Assembly: GCA_965115835.1 (NCBI GenBank)
Contig: OZ220471.1
Coordinates: forward strand, 1,486,157 to 1,550,156
DNA length: 64,000 bases
Direction: 5' to 3'
DNA from: Gammaproteobacteria bacterium
Lineage (GTDB): Bacteria > Pseudomonadota > Gammaproteobacteria > Steroidobacterales > Foliamicaceae
The position numbers were made by a program, and so were the translations under genes. A model generated the notes under the pieces. The model saw nothing but the letters and a program-made list of their open reading frames with translations. It did no database searches and was not told the origin of the DNA. This document shows, one piece after another, positions 31,868 through 39,973 of the stretch (positions are counted from its first letter, which is position 1; each line of letters opens with the position of its first letter).

Positions 31868-32442
31868 GTTTGCGCACCGGTATGAGGCATGAAGGCACAT
31901 CCGGTCCGTGACCCCGCGTCCGACCTTTCCGGCACCGACAGGGAACGTCCCTGCGAGTCGGATACCGACATCGAGACTTGGTTTTTGGCGGTTGTGGCCA
32001 ACGGGATGTTCTTCGGCTCATCAGTAGCCCTTCTGCGGGTGACCGATGCGGCCAGCTTGTGCGCCACAAGCGTCTGGTCCTTGGTTTCGCACTGCCAGAT
32101 GACGAGGGTCCGCCAGCCATGTGCCCTCAGGGCCGCTTCCTGGCGGGCGTCCCGGGCGACATTGGCAGCGAACTTCTCCGTCCAGAAGGCGATTCGGGAC
32201 TTGGGGGTGGATGCGTACCGGCAGCCTTCATGCCGATGCCAGAAGCAACCGTGCACGAACACAGCCAGCCGATGTTGCGGGAACACCAGATCCGGTCTAC
32301 CCGGAAGATCGGTGCGATGCAGGCGGAAACGCAGGCCCATCCTGTGGGCTATTCGACGAACCGCCAGTTCAGGTGTGGTATTGCGGCTGCGTATGCCCGC
32401 CATCAGTTCGCTTCGCCGCCTGCTGTCCACGATGTCGGTCAT
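31864..32442 (-). CDS. vsr: Very short patch repair endonuclease
   Basis: RRSELMAGIRSRNTTPEL, LPGRPDLVFPQHRLAVFVHGCFWHRHEGC, FWTEKF, VIWQCE. About 40 extra C-terminal residues. The ATG at 32442 overlaps the hsdS stop (ATGA). Confidence 0.9.
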   Translation of the reverse strand: MTDIVDSRRRSELMAGIRSRNTTPELAVRRIAHRMGLRFRLHRTDLPGRPDLVFPQHRLAVFVHGCFWHRHEGCRYASTPKSRIAFWTEKFAANVARDARQEAALRAHGWRTLVIWQCETKDQTLVAHKLAASVTRRRATDEPKNIPLATTAKNQVSMSVSDSQGRSLSVPERSDAGSRTGCAFMPHTGAQT

Positions 32443-33584
32443 GCCGTGTCCTCCAGGAGGCGGAACATGAGGGAGGCATTCAGCGTTGCAGCAATACGAC
32501 AGGCAAGCTCCATACGCTTGACTGTGGCTTGCGCTGCCTTGGCAAGTGCTGCGAATCGAGCCTGTTCATCAGGTGGAGGATGCGGCACTGGCAATAACAT
32601 CAGCGCTTTCATGTCGGTTCGCGGCATTCGGGAACCGGTCACAGACGCCATGACATGTTCAACAGTTTCCTTTTGCCGAAGCAATTGCGCGACGAAGTCG
32701 CGATTGATTCCCTCTCGGGGGAGAAGTGGAATCAACTCGGTAGAGCATCTGCCAGCGAATTCGGGAGTAGCGACTTTGTTCAGATAGGGCCGAAGCTTCG
32801 CATAGAGAACATGACGCTTGTCGAATCGAAATGTTGCGCTTCTTTGATTGCCTGTGCGTGAATCGTTATCGAGGTTGATCGCACCTGTGTGCGGCTCGAC
32901 ATTTTCGACGCCCACAAACGGAAGTCGCGATAAAGCCGGGTTGTTCGGATCCAGTCCTTGACGATCCACCACGCAAATTTCGCGGAGTGCACAAACTGGC
33001 CACCCCATCGGGTTTGCGGCAGGATCGCCGAACATCTTCACAAACAGCGCGGGCATGAATTCCCGCATCAACTCCCGCGCCTGCGCCCGCAGCCGTTCGA
33101 TCTTCGCCGCTCGGTTCAGGATGCCGGCAATCCGCCGCTGCTCGTCGAGCGAAGGAAGGGGGACCGGCAGCAACATCAGCGCTTTCATGTCGGTTCGCGG
33201 CATTCGAGAACCGGTCACAGACGCCATGACATACTCAACGGTCTGTTTTCGCCGAAGCAGATGGGCAACGAACTCGCGATCCACACCATCCCGAGGAAGA
33301 AGTGGAACCAGTTCGGTCGAGCACTTGCCCGCAAAATCAGGGGTTACGACCTTGTTCAGATACGGTCGGAGCTTTGAATAGAGAATATGGCGCTTGTCAA
33401 ACTGGAAAGTTGTGCTCCTTTGACTCCCGACACGTGAGCCGTTGACGAAATTAAGGGCACCGTTTTGGGACTCGACATTCTCGACGCCCACGTAGCGAAG
33501 CCCCGCCGCGGCAGAGTCGTCCGGATCAAGACCTTGGCGATCCATCTCACAGAGATCACCCAGCTTTACGACCGGGAAGCTCAT
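32439..33584 (-). CDS. hsdS: Type I restriction-modification specificity subunit with two near-duplicate target-recognition domains
   Basis: Two repeats of the pattern VGVENVE...FDKRH.LY.KLRPYLNKV.TP.FAG.CSTEL.PLLPR...MASVTGSRMPRTDMKALMLLPVP, separated by the conserved helical spacer LDEQRRIAGIL. Confidence 0.9.
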   Translation of the reverse strand: MSFPVVKLGDLCEMDRQGLDPDDSAAAGLRYVGVENVESQNGALNFVNGSRVGSQRSTTFQFDKRHILYSKLRPYLNKVVTPDFAGKCSTELVPLLPRDGVDREFVAHLLRRKQTVEYVMASVTGSRMPRTDMKALMLLPVPLPSLDEQRRIAGILNRAAKIERLRAQARELMREFMPALFVKMFGDPAANPMGWPVCALREICVVDRQGLDPNNPALSRLPFVGVENVEPHTGAINLDNDSRTGNQRSATFRFDKRHVLYAKLRPYLNKVATPEFAGRCSTELIPLLPREGINRDFVAQLLRQKETVEHVMASVTGSRMPRTDMKALMLLPVPHPPPDEQARFAALAKAAQATVKRMELACRIAATLNASLMFRLLEDTA

Positions 33585-33771
33585 TCCCCCACCGCCTCCA
33601 TTACGGCCTCGGCGAGGTCGTCGATCTCGGCGAGGATTTGCGTCTCGATGCCTCGCAGGTCCTTGAGGATGTCCAGCGGTTCGCGGCGCTCTACCTTCGC
33701 GCGGCTCAATGGCCGGTGGCGGTTGGCGCTGAGGTTGAAGTCGGCGGCGCGGATGGCGTCGGCCCCGGCGA
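33581..33771 (-). pseudogene. Orphan 3' fragment of hsdM (last ~63 codons), still ATGA-coupled to hsdS
   Basis: Encodes ADAIRAADFNLSANRHRPLSRAKVERREPLDILKDLRGIETQILAEIDDLAEAV..., nearly identical to the C-terminus of the full hsdM at 35752-37416. The DNA repeat 33603-33771 vs 35807-35975 has 5 mismatches in 169 bp by my alignment. Confidence 0.8.
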
Positions 33772-33852
33772 CCTCATCAAGCAGCAGAAATCGTTCATGC
33801 ACGGCCACTCTGTCTTGGCGCCTGTCCCTTCGGGCGCTTATGACAGGCATCC

Positions 33853-34386
33853 TCACGCCGCTGTCGCCGCCGCATGTTCCCAAAGGCCGAGATCGCGCAG
33901 CAGGGCAACCGCTTTTTCGATGCGCTCGTCCGTCGCCTTGAGCGGCTTGCGCGCCTTCGTTTCCTCGACCGGGTCGATCTCTCCCTTGCCGTAGTAATCC
34001 CACTCATCACGCAGGAAAACCATGGTTGCAGCCAACTCCAGAACGATATCCGACGCCCCCTTCAGCTTGTCCAGAAAAGCACTGGCCTGGCAAGCCGAAA
34101 GCGCGCCAAGAGGTGGCGGCGGCTCCTCTTTCGACTTGAAAATTGCATAGGGCACTCCGTGGCGTCCTGGTTTTTCTTCCATGGTGATTCGTTTTTCCGC
34201 CAGCGCATCGGTTAATCCGTCAACCAGATCGAAGCAATACGGCCCATAGTGGTGATAGATGAATCGCAGGCCGAAATTTGCGCCACAGCGGTCCAAGAGA
34301 TAGGCCTGCTTCTGCAGCCGGGTTCGACCGATCAGTTCGCCGCCGTTCAGCGCGACCAAGCCAGTTACGATTTCTTCCACATTCAT
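33853..34386 (-). CDS. Panacea/DUF4065 (SocA-like antitoxin domain)-like protein, 177 aa
   Basis: GRTRLQKQAYLLD...FIYHHYGPYCFDLVDGL resembles the KLQKLLY...YGP core of DUF4065 as I remember it. The ATG at 34386 overlaps the HD gene stop (ATGA). Family assignment is tentative. Confidence 0.45.
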   Translation of the reverse strand: MNVEEIVTGLVALNGGELIGRTRLQKQAYLLDRCGANFGLRFIYHHYGPYCFDLVDGLTDALAEKRITMEEKPGRHGVPYAIFKSKEEPPPPLGALSACQASAFLDKLKGASDIVLELAATMVFLRDEWDYYGKGEIDPVEETKARKPLKATDERIEKAVALLRDLGLWEHAAATAA

Positions 34387-35738
34387 GTTGCCACCTCCTT
34401 CAGGATTTTTTGCAGCTCCTTGGTGCGAGCCGCATCGGGCGCGTAGACGCGCTGGATGCGTTTGCCATGCCGAAGCGTTTGCACGACATCGGATTCACCA
34501 ACGATATCGGTTGGCTCGCCTGCATCGTCTCGCGTCTTCACCAGAACTTTTTTCAGAGCCGATGTGTCGTCGAAGTTATAGGCCTTGTATGACGCAAACG
34601 GCGCGTCGTCGAAAATAACCTCGTCCTTCCATCCCCAAGGCTTCTCATTCAGACACCGCCTGAACCGGAGGAACAGATTGCCATTCCACTCATCACAGAC
34701 TCCGATATCGACGCACTTGTAGAGTACGCGATCCCGCAACCGTCTCGCCAATCCCGAAATCCGCTTGTCCGAAAAATCGGAATAAATCGACAAGGCGGCC
34801 CAGACCGACGCATCGTCGAGAGCAAGATAGGAACCGAGCGTTGGCGTGTCGGATTTCAGATAGCACAGAACCGGTTCTCGGCTCGCCACTTCCCTCCCTA
34901 CTGTATCCGACGCAATGACACCCATGAGGGTCTCCAGCATCTTTTCGGCGGCCCTTGTAGTCTTGTGCATATAAACCATCCGGTAAAGACGCGACCGGGC
35001 TTCCAGATACTCCTCGGCTACCTGAAAGCCCTTTGGACCGAGATAGAAGCATGGCGCCTTGATCGGATCCGTATTTCCGATGGTTACCTTCCCGACCTCA
35101 AGGCAATCAAGCAACCAGTCAAGATCGATATGTCCGAACTGCACACCGGTCATCAGTCGGTCCCGCTGCATGTAGTCGAGCCGGTCGGCGTCAAACTGGC
35201 TCGACACGATAGCGCTGTAAATGTCCTTCTGGCTGTCTTCGGTTAGAAGTGCGCCGATCTGGTTTGGCAAGTCCTCGTCCGCCTCTCGGAGCACTTGGTT
35301 GACTCTGGTGTCGCTCCTTACGATCTCGGTACTCCATTCTTCGTGTCGTCGCTGCTGCCGACCCATAATCGTGGCGGACTCAAACACATGACTGAAGGGT
35401 CCGTGCCCGATATCGTGCAGTAGGGCCGCCAAAAGCGCGACACGCTCGCGTTCCGGATCGTGAGCATGACCCAACCGCCGTGCGATGACGTCAGCCAACC
35501 GCCGCGCCATGTGATACACGCCAACGCTGTGGGCAAACCGGCTATGGGTCGCACCGGGAAAAACGAGATCGGAGAAGCCCAACTGACGGATGCGGCGCAG
35601 TCGCTGAAACTCGGGCGCATTCATCAGGCTCCAGGCGATCCGGTCTGTTTTGTTCCGATGAACGTTGGCACTGCCCCCGAACACAATCAGTCCATGAATC
35701 GGGTCGCGTATCCGCTGCGTTTGTTTGCTGTTCCCCAT
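34383..35738 (-). CDS. SAMHD1-like HD-domain dNTP triphosphohydrolase
   Basis: IRDPIHGLI, EFQRLRRIRQLG, THSRFAHSVGVYH, ALLHDIGHGPFSH, FDADRLDYMQRD, YMHKT. ATG 35738, 13 nt after the hsdM stop. Confidence 0.8.
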   Translation of the reverse strand: MGNSKQTQRIRDPIHGLIVFGGSANVHRNKTDRIAWSLMNAPEFQRLRRIRQLGFSDLVFPGATHSRFAHSVGVYHMARRLADVIARRLGHAHDPERERVALLAALLHDIGHGPFSHVFESATIMGRQQRRHEEWSTEIVRSDTRVNQVLREADEDLPNQIGALLTEDSQKDIYSAIVSSQFDADRLDYMQRDRLMTGVQFGHIDLDWLLDCLEVGKVTIGNTDPIKAPCFYLGPKGFQVAEEYLEARSRLYRMVYMHKTTRAAEKMLETLMGVIASDTVGREVASREPVLCYLKSDTPTLGSYLALDDASVWAALSIYSDFSDKRISGLARRLRDRVLYKCVDIGVCDEWNGNLFLRFRRCLNEKPWGWKDEVIFDDAPFASYKAYNFDDTSALKKVLVKTRDDAGEPTDIVGESDVVQTLRHGKRIQRVYAPDAARTKELQKILKEVAT

Positions 35739-35751
35739 CACCCCAGCCCGT

Positions 35752-37416
35752 TCAGCAGTCCGAAATGCGAGGAGCCAAGGCCGGACTGGATGAAGTCTCT
35801 TCCCGCACGGCCTCGGCGAGGGCGTCGATCTCGCCGAGGATTTGCGTCTCGATGCCTCGCAGGTCCTTGAGGATGTCCAGCGGTTCGCGGTGCTCTACCT
35901 TCGCGCGGCTCAATGGCCGGTGGCGGTTGGCGCTCAGGTTGAAGTCGGCGGCGCGGATGGCGTCGGCCTCGGCGAACCACCAGTTCGCGGTCCAGTTCTC
36001 GTTTGGATCGCGGCCTTGCCATTCCGCCCACCGTGCGTCGCGGTCACGGAACGCCTCGATCAGGCCAGGCAGGTCGTCTTCGTCAATGGGCGTGTCGTGG
36101 TTGGCGTCAAGCTTGTAGCCGTCGTTCTCGGCATGCAGGAACATCACCCGCTCCGTCGCCCCGCCCTTGCGGAACGCCAGCACCGAGGTCTTGACACCGG
36201 AATAGGGATTGAACACGCCGCCCGGCAGCGACAGCACCGCCTCCACCCGGTTGTTCTCGATCAAACGGCGGCGCAGTTCCTTGTGCGCCCCGGTGGAGCC
36301 GAACAACACGCCTTCCGGCGCCACCACGCCGCAGCGCCCGTCTTCCCGAAGGTGGTTCAGCATGTATTGCAGGAACAAAAGTTCGGTTTGCGCCGTGCGC
36401 CCAACCTTCACTTCCTCTACGATGCGGTCGCGGTCCAACCGCCCGGAGAACGGCGGATTGGCAAGAATCACGTCGAACCCGTCCGGCGGCAGGTCGAGCT
36501 CCGCCTTCGCCGCGCGGTCGAGCGAGCGGGTGAGCGCGTCGCGGCGCAGGATGCGCACCTTGTCCAGCCCGCGCAGCGTCAGGTTCATGGTGGCGAGGCG
36601 AACCATCTGCGGATCCACATCGGCGCCGTGAAAAGTCCCCTCCTGCAACTGCCGAACCGCATCACGCCCCAGCGTGTCGCCGAGGCCGCGCCGCACGGCC
36701 TTGCCGTCGGCCTCCACTTCCTCGATCCCGGCGGACGAGGAGTTCGCCAGACGGATATGGTCCCATGCGCCCACCAGGAAGCCCGCCGTGCCGGCCGCCG
36801 GGTCGTAAATCGTCTCGCCGATCCGCGGATCGACCAACCGCACCAAGGCGCGGATCACGTGGCGCGGCGTACGAAACTGGCCGAGTTCGCCCGCCTGACG
36901 AATCTGCCGCAGCACATGCTCGAACAGGTCGCCCTTGGTGTCGGCGTCTACCCGATCGAGACGCAGGTCGTTCAACTGACTGACGACCTGGGTGAGCACC
37001 GTCGGCTCGTCGATCACCAGCCGGGCGCCGTCCATGAAGTCGGTGACGCCGTTCGTCGCAAGCTCGGCATGGAACGCAAAGACCTCTTCGCGCACCCAAG
37101 CGACCAGACGCTCGCCGTTCAGCGCCTGCGCCCAGGACGACCAGCGCAAGAGTTCGCGCGGCACACTCTTCGCATCGGACGCATGGGCGTTGCGCGGGTC
37201 GCGCAGCGCCCATTGGCCCTCGTAGGCGCTGGCGTACGGAACGGCGCCAGGCTTTTGCGCCGCCCGTGCCCGGGCCGCGTCCGCCGCTTCGTGCATGTAG
37301 AAGTAGATCAGGAAACTCAACTGCTCGGCGTTCTGGGCCGGGTTCGGGTAGCCGCCTCCAAACAGATAATCGCGGATGCGGTCGATGCCGCGACGGAGCT
37401 CCGGGGTCATGGGCAT
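35752..37416 (-). CDS. hsdM: Type I restriction-modification DNA methyltransferase subunit (N6-adenine)
   Basis: GQFRTPRHV, motif I IYDPAAGTAGF, motif IV ILANPPF, LFLQYML. ATG 37416 with GGAAGGA upstream, 4 nt after the hsdR stop. Confidence 0.9.
   Translation of the reverse strand: MPMTPELRRGIDRIRDYLFGGGYPNPAQNAEQLSFLIYFYMHEAADAARARAAQKPGAVPYASAYEGQWALRDPRNAHASDAKSVPRELLRWSSWAQALNGERLVAWVREEVFAFHAELATNGVTDFMDGARLVIDEPTVLTQVVSQLNDLRLDRVDADTKGDLFEHVLRQIRQAGELGQFRTPRHVIRALVRLVDPRIGETIYDPAAGTAGFLVGAWDHIRLANSSSAGIEEVEADGKAVRRGLGDTLGRDAVRQLQEGTFHGADVDPQMVRLATMNLTLRGLDKVRILRRDALTRSLDRAAKAELDLPPDGFDVILANPPFSGRLDRDRIVEEVKVGRTAQTELLFLQYMLNHLREDGRCGVVAPEGVLFGSTGAHKELRRRLIENNRVEAVLSLPGGVFNPYSGVKTSVLAFRKGGATERVMFLHAENDGYKLDANHDTPIDEDDLPGLIEAFRDRDARWAEWQGRDPNENWTANWWFAEADAIRAADFNLSANRHRPLSRAKVEHREPLDILKDLRGIETQILGEIDALAEAVREETSSSPALAPRISDC
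35807..35975. repeat. 169-bp direct repeat (copy 2) of the hsdM 3' end; copy 1 is 33603-33771
   Basis: Aligned by eye base by base: 164 of 169 identical. The two copies bracket the HD/Panacea-like cassette. Confidence 0.85.
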
Positions 37417-37420
37417 GCGC

Positions 37421-39568
37421 TCATCCTTCCCCGGCGCGAGTGCCTTCGTCCGCGCCACTGCCAGCCCGCCGGGAGCCGAACACCGCAGCGTTGATTCCAG
37501 CAATCAGCTTGCCCAGCGATTCCTCGCCGCCGAACACGCGCCGCGCCTGATCGTAGCCCCCGAGCGTGGAGAACGGGTGTTCATCAAGGGTCCATGCGCC
37601 GATGCCGTCCATGCTCGGCGCGTCAGCCCGCACCCGGTTACCGATCAGCCCGGCCCAGCGCGCCTGTTCCGCGTTGAAATCGCCGTGCTCTTCCCGCCAC
37701 GACTCGAAACGCACACCGACCTCTGCCGCACGCGCCTCGTGCTCTGGCGTACGAACGATGCGGCCATTCTCGTCGAGCGTCAGCCACTCGCGGCTCGCCG
37801 GGTCGATATGGTCGTCCACATCCAGCGTCAGAAGCCCGCGGGGCTTGGCCGAGCCGGGGCGACGGTCGGTGTCGTGGACCGGACGGCCAGCAATATCCTC
37901 CTCTTCGTCTCCGTGAAAGTCCGTCACGCCCACAAAATCGAAGATCGTGAACCCGGTCTTGCCGATATGGTCCGCCTTGCGCGTACCGCGCCCGCGCATC
38001 TGCCGGTAGAGGATCGCGCTTTGCGTGAACCGCGCCATGACGAGGCTCACGACCTCCGGGCAGTCGAACCCGGTGTCCAGCATGTTCACGCTAACGAGAA
38101 TCTTCGGGTAGTCCTCTTCCTTGAAGCGCTTGATGATGGCGCTCGCATCGGGCGCCGGACCGCCGCCGACATCGCTCACCACGAAGTCTGCATAGCGCGT
38201 CGTTGGATGCGGCTTCCGATCCGCGTAGTGCGCGTCGAACATCTCCGCCAGAGTCTCGGCATGGCGCCGGGTCACCGCAAATACGAGGGTCTTGCCTGAC
38301 TTCGGCCAGCGGCGGACGCCGTCTCGGCCCATGAAACCCTTCTCGTGCGCATCGCGGAACTCACGCACCAGGGCGCGGTTGCGCTCCGGGATGGTGAACT
38401 TGCGCTCCAGCCCCTGCGGGTCCACCGTAATCGGGTCCGAATCGGCGAACAGCGCCTCGAACCCTTCACGCGTCTCCCGATCCATCGCGCTCCAGTCGAG
38501 TTCGTCGCGGCGAACCTCGAACCCGTCTTCGGCGGCGGTCTTCACCGTCATCGCCTTGTAGATGCGGTAGGGCACGAGATAGCCTTCCTCGATGGCCCGG
38601 GGCAGCGTGTAGCGGAAGGTGGGTTCGTCGAGCCCGAAGAAGCGCAGCGTATCGCGCACAAACCGCCCCTCTTCCGTTTTGGGAGATGTGCCAGCCTCTG
38701 CCGTGCAAGGCGTTGCCGTAAGGCCGAGCTGGATGGAATCGAAGTGCCGCAACACGCCGCTGTACTGGCCGTAGATCGAGCGGTGGCACTCGTCCGTAAT
38801 GACCAGATCGAAATAACCCGGCGAGAGGGTGCGGAACTCGGCGATCATGGTCTGGAGGGTCGCAATCGTGATGCGCTTGGCCCGGTCGAACTGCCGGCCG
38901 GGCCGCAGCACATGGCAGGGATAGTCCCGCAGATGGTCGGTGAAGGCGTCCTCGGCCTGCCGCGCCAGGGCGATCCGGTCGACCAGAAACAGCACGCGGG
39001 TGACAATCCCCGCCTCGAACAGCCGCTTGATGAAGGCTGCCGCCGTGCGGGTCTTGCCGGTTCCCGTCGCCATCTCGACCAGGAGCTTGCGCCGCCCGAG
39101 CGAGATCTCGGCGGACAGCGCCTCGACGCATTCGATCTGATAGTCGCGGTCGACGATCCTGGAGTCGATGGTGACCGCCGACAGATCGCGGCAACTCCGG
39201 CGCGCGGCGATGCGCCGCTCCAGGTCGTCCTGAGCGTAGAAGCCCGCGATCTTCCGCGCGTGGGAGTCGGTCTTGCGGTCGAGGAACCGCACTTCCTCGC
39301 CGTTCGAAAGAAACATGAACGGCACACCGAGTTGTTCGGCGTAGTGCTTGCCCTGATCCTGCGCCGCGATGGGATCGGCGCCCGCGCGCTTGGCTTCCAG
39401 CGCCGCCATGGGCCGGCCCTGCCGGTTGCAGAGCACATAGTCGGCCTGCGTCCCGTCGGGCAGCGCGTACTCGAACAGGACGCTCGAACCGTCGGTGAGG
39501 TCCCAGCCTGCATCCTTGAGCAGCGCATCAATCTTCACTCGCGCGAAGGCTTCCGTCGTGCCACTCAT
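37421..39568 (-). CDS. hsdR: Type I restriction enzyme R subunit (EcoEI-like, short form)
   Basis: N-terminal nuclease core (ADYVL...ALEAKR), helicase motifs MATGTGKT, DECH (ITDECHRS), LGLTATP, QMRGRGTR. The C-terminal region is EcoEI_R_C-like. Confidence 0.9.
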   Translation of the reverse strand: MSGTTEAFARVKIDALLKDAGWDLTDGSSVLFEYALPDGTQADYVLCNRQGRPMAALEAKRAGADPIAAQDQGKHYAEQLGVPFMFLSNGEEVRFLDRKTDSHARKIAGFYAQDDLERRIAARRSCRDLSAVTIDSRIVDRDYQIECVEALSAEISLGRRKLLVEMATGTGKTRTAAAFIKRLFEAGIVTRVLFLVDRIALARQAEDAFTDHLRDYPCHVLRPGRQFDRAKRITIATLQTMIAEFRTLSPGYFDLVITDECHRSIYGQYSGVLRHFDSIQLGLTATPCTAEAGTSPKTEEGRFVRDTLRFFGLDEPTFRYTLPRAIEEGYLVPYRIYKAMTVKTAAEDGFEVRRDELDWSAMDRETREGFEALFADSDPITVDPQGLERKFTIPERNRALVREFRDAHEKGFMGRDGVRRWPKSGKTLVFAVTRRHAETLAEMFDAHYADRKPHPTTRYADFVVSDVGGGPAPDASAIIKRFKEEDYPKILVSVNMLDTGFDCPEVVSLVMARFTQSAILYRQMRGRGTRKADHIGKTGFTIFDFVGVTDFHGDEEEDIAGRPVHDTDRRPGSAKPRGLLTLDVDDHIDPASREWLTLDENGRIVRTPEHEARAAEVGVRFESWREEHGDFNAEQARWAGLIGNRVRADAPSMDGIGAWTLDEHPFSTLGGYDQARRVFGGEESLGKLIAGINAAVFGSRRAGSGADEGTRAGEG

Positions 39569-39629
39569 GCCGCCATCCAGTTTCGAGGAACGGCCGGGGC
39601 AAAGCGGCGACGAAAGCAGGCCCTGCCGC

Positions 39630-39973
39630 TCATGTCGCCGTCCAAGGATCGGCGAGCTTCATGCCGATGTCCTCGAAGTCCCGAACATTACGCGCCGCCA
39701 CCTTCATGCCGCAGGACCGGGCGGCAGCCACAATCTGGCTGTCCGCCGGGGCGCGGCGCCGCGATATCCGCGTGTCGCAGCGCTATCGAAGGAAAGGATA
39801 TGATTTCCGAAGGCATCATGCAGGATGATGCGCACTTCTTCCTCCATCAACCGGTGATGCTCGGTGGCGCGCAGGCGCAGACACACCTTCGCGTCATGGT
39901 CGAGATTGCGGATAGTGTGATGCTCGCCATACCCTTGTCGACAGGCCCATTCTATCGGCTCCAGCAGTGCCAT
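39630..39973 (-). pseudogene. Degraded vapB(fitA-like RHH)-vapC(PIN) toxin-antitoxin remnant
   Basis: The RHH antitoxin core TIRNLDHDAKVCLRLRATEHHRLMEEEVRIILHDAFG runs directly into ILSFDSAA. After a frameshift comes ...DSQIVAAARSCGMKVAARNVRDFEDIGMKLADPWTAT*, a PIN VapC C-terminus. The PIN N-terminal half is missing. Confidence 0.55.

Noticed and set aside
33581-34003. 140-aa ORF upstream of hsdS as an intact gene
   Set aside because: Only its last ~63 codons resemble HsdM. The remainder overlaps the 177-aa Panacea-like gene in another frame and is Arg/Gly-rich. I interpret it as an hsdM 3' remnant.
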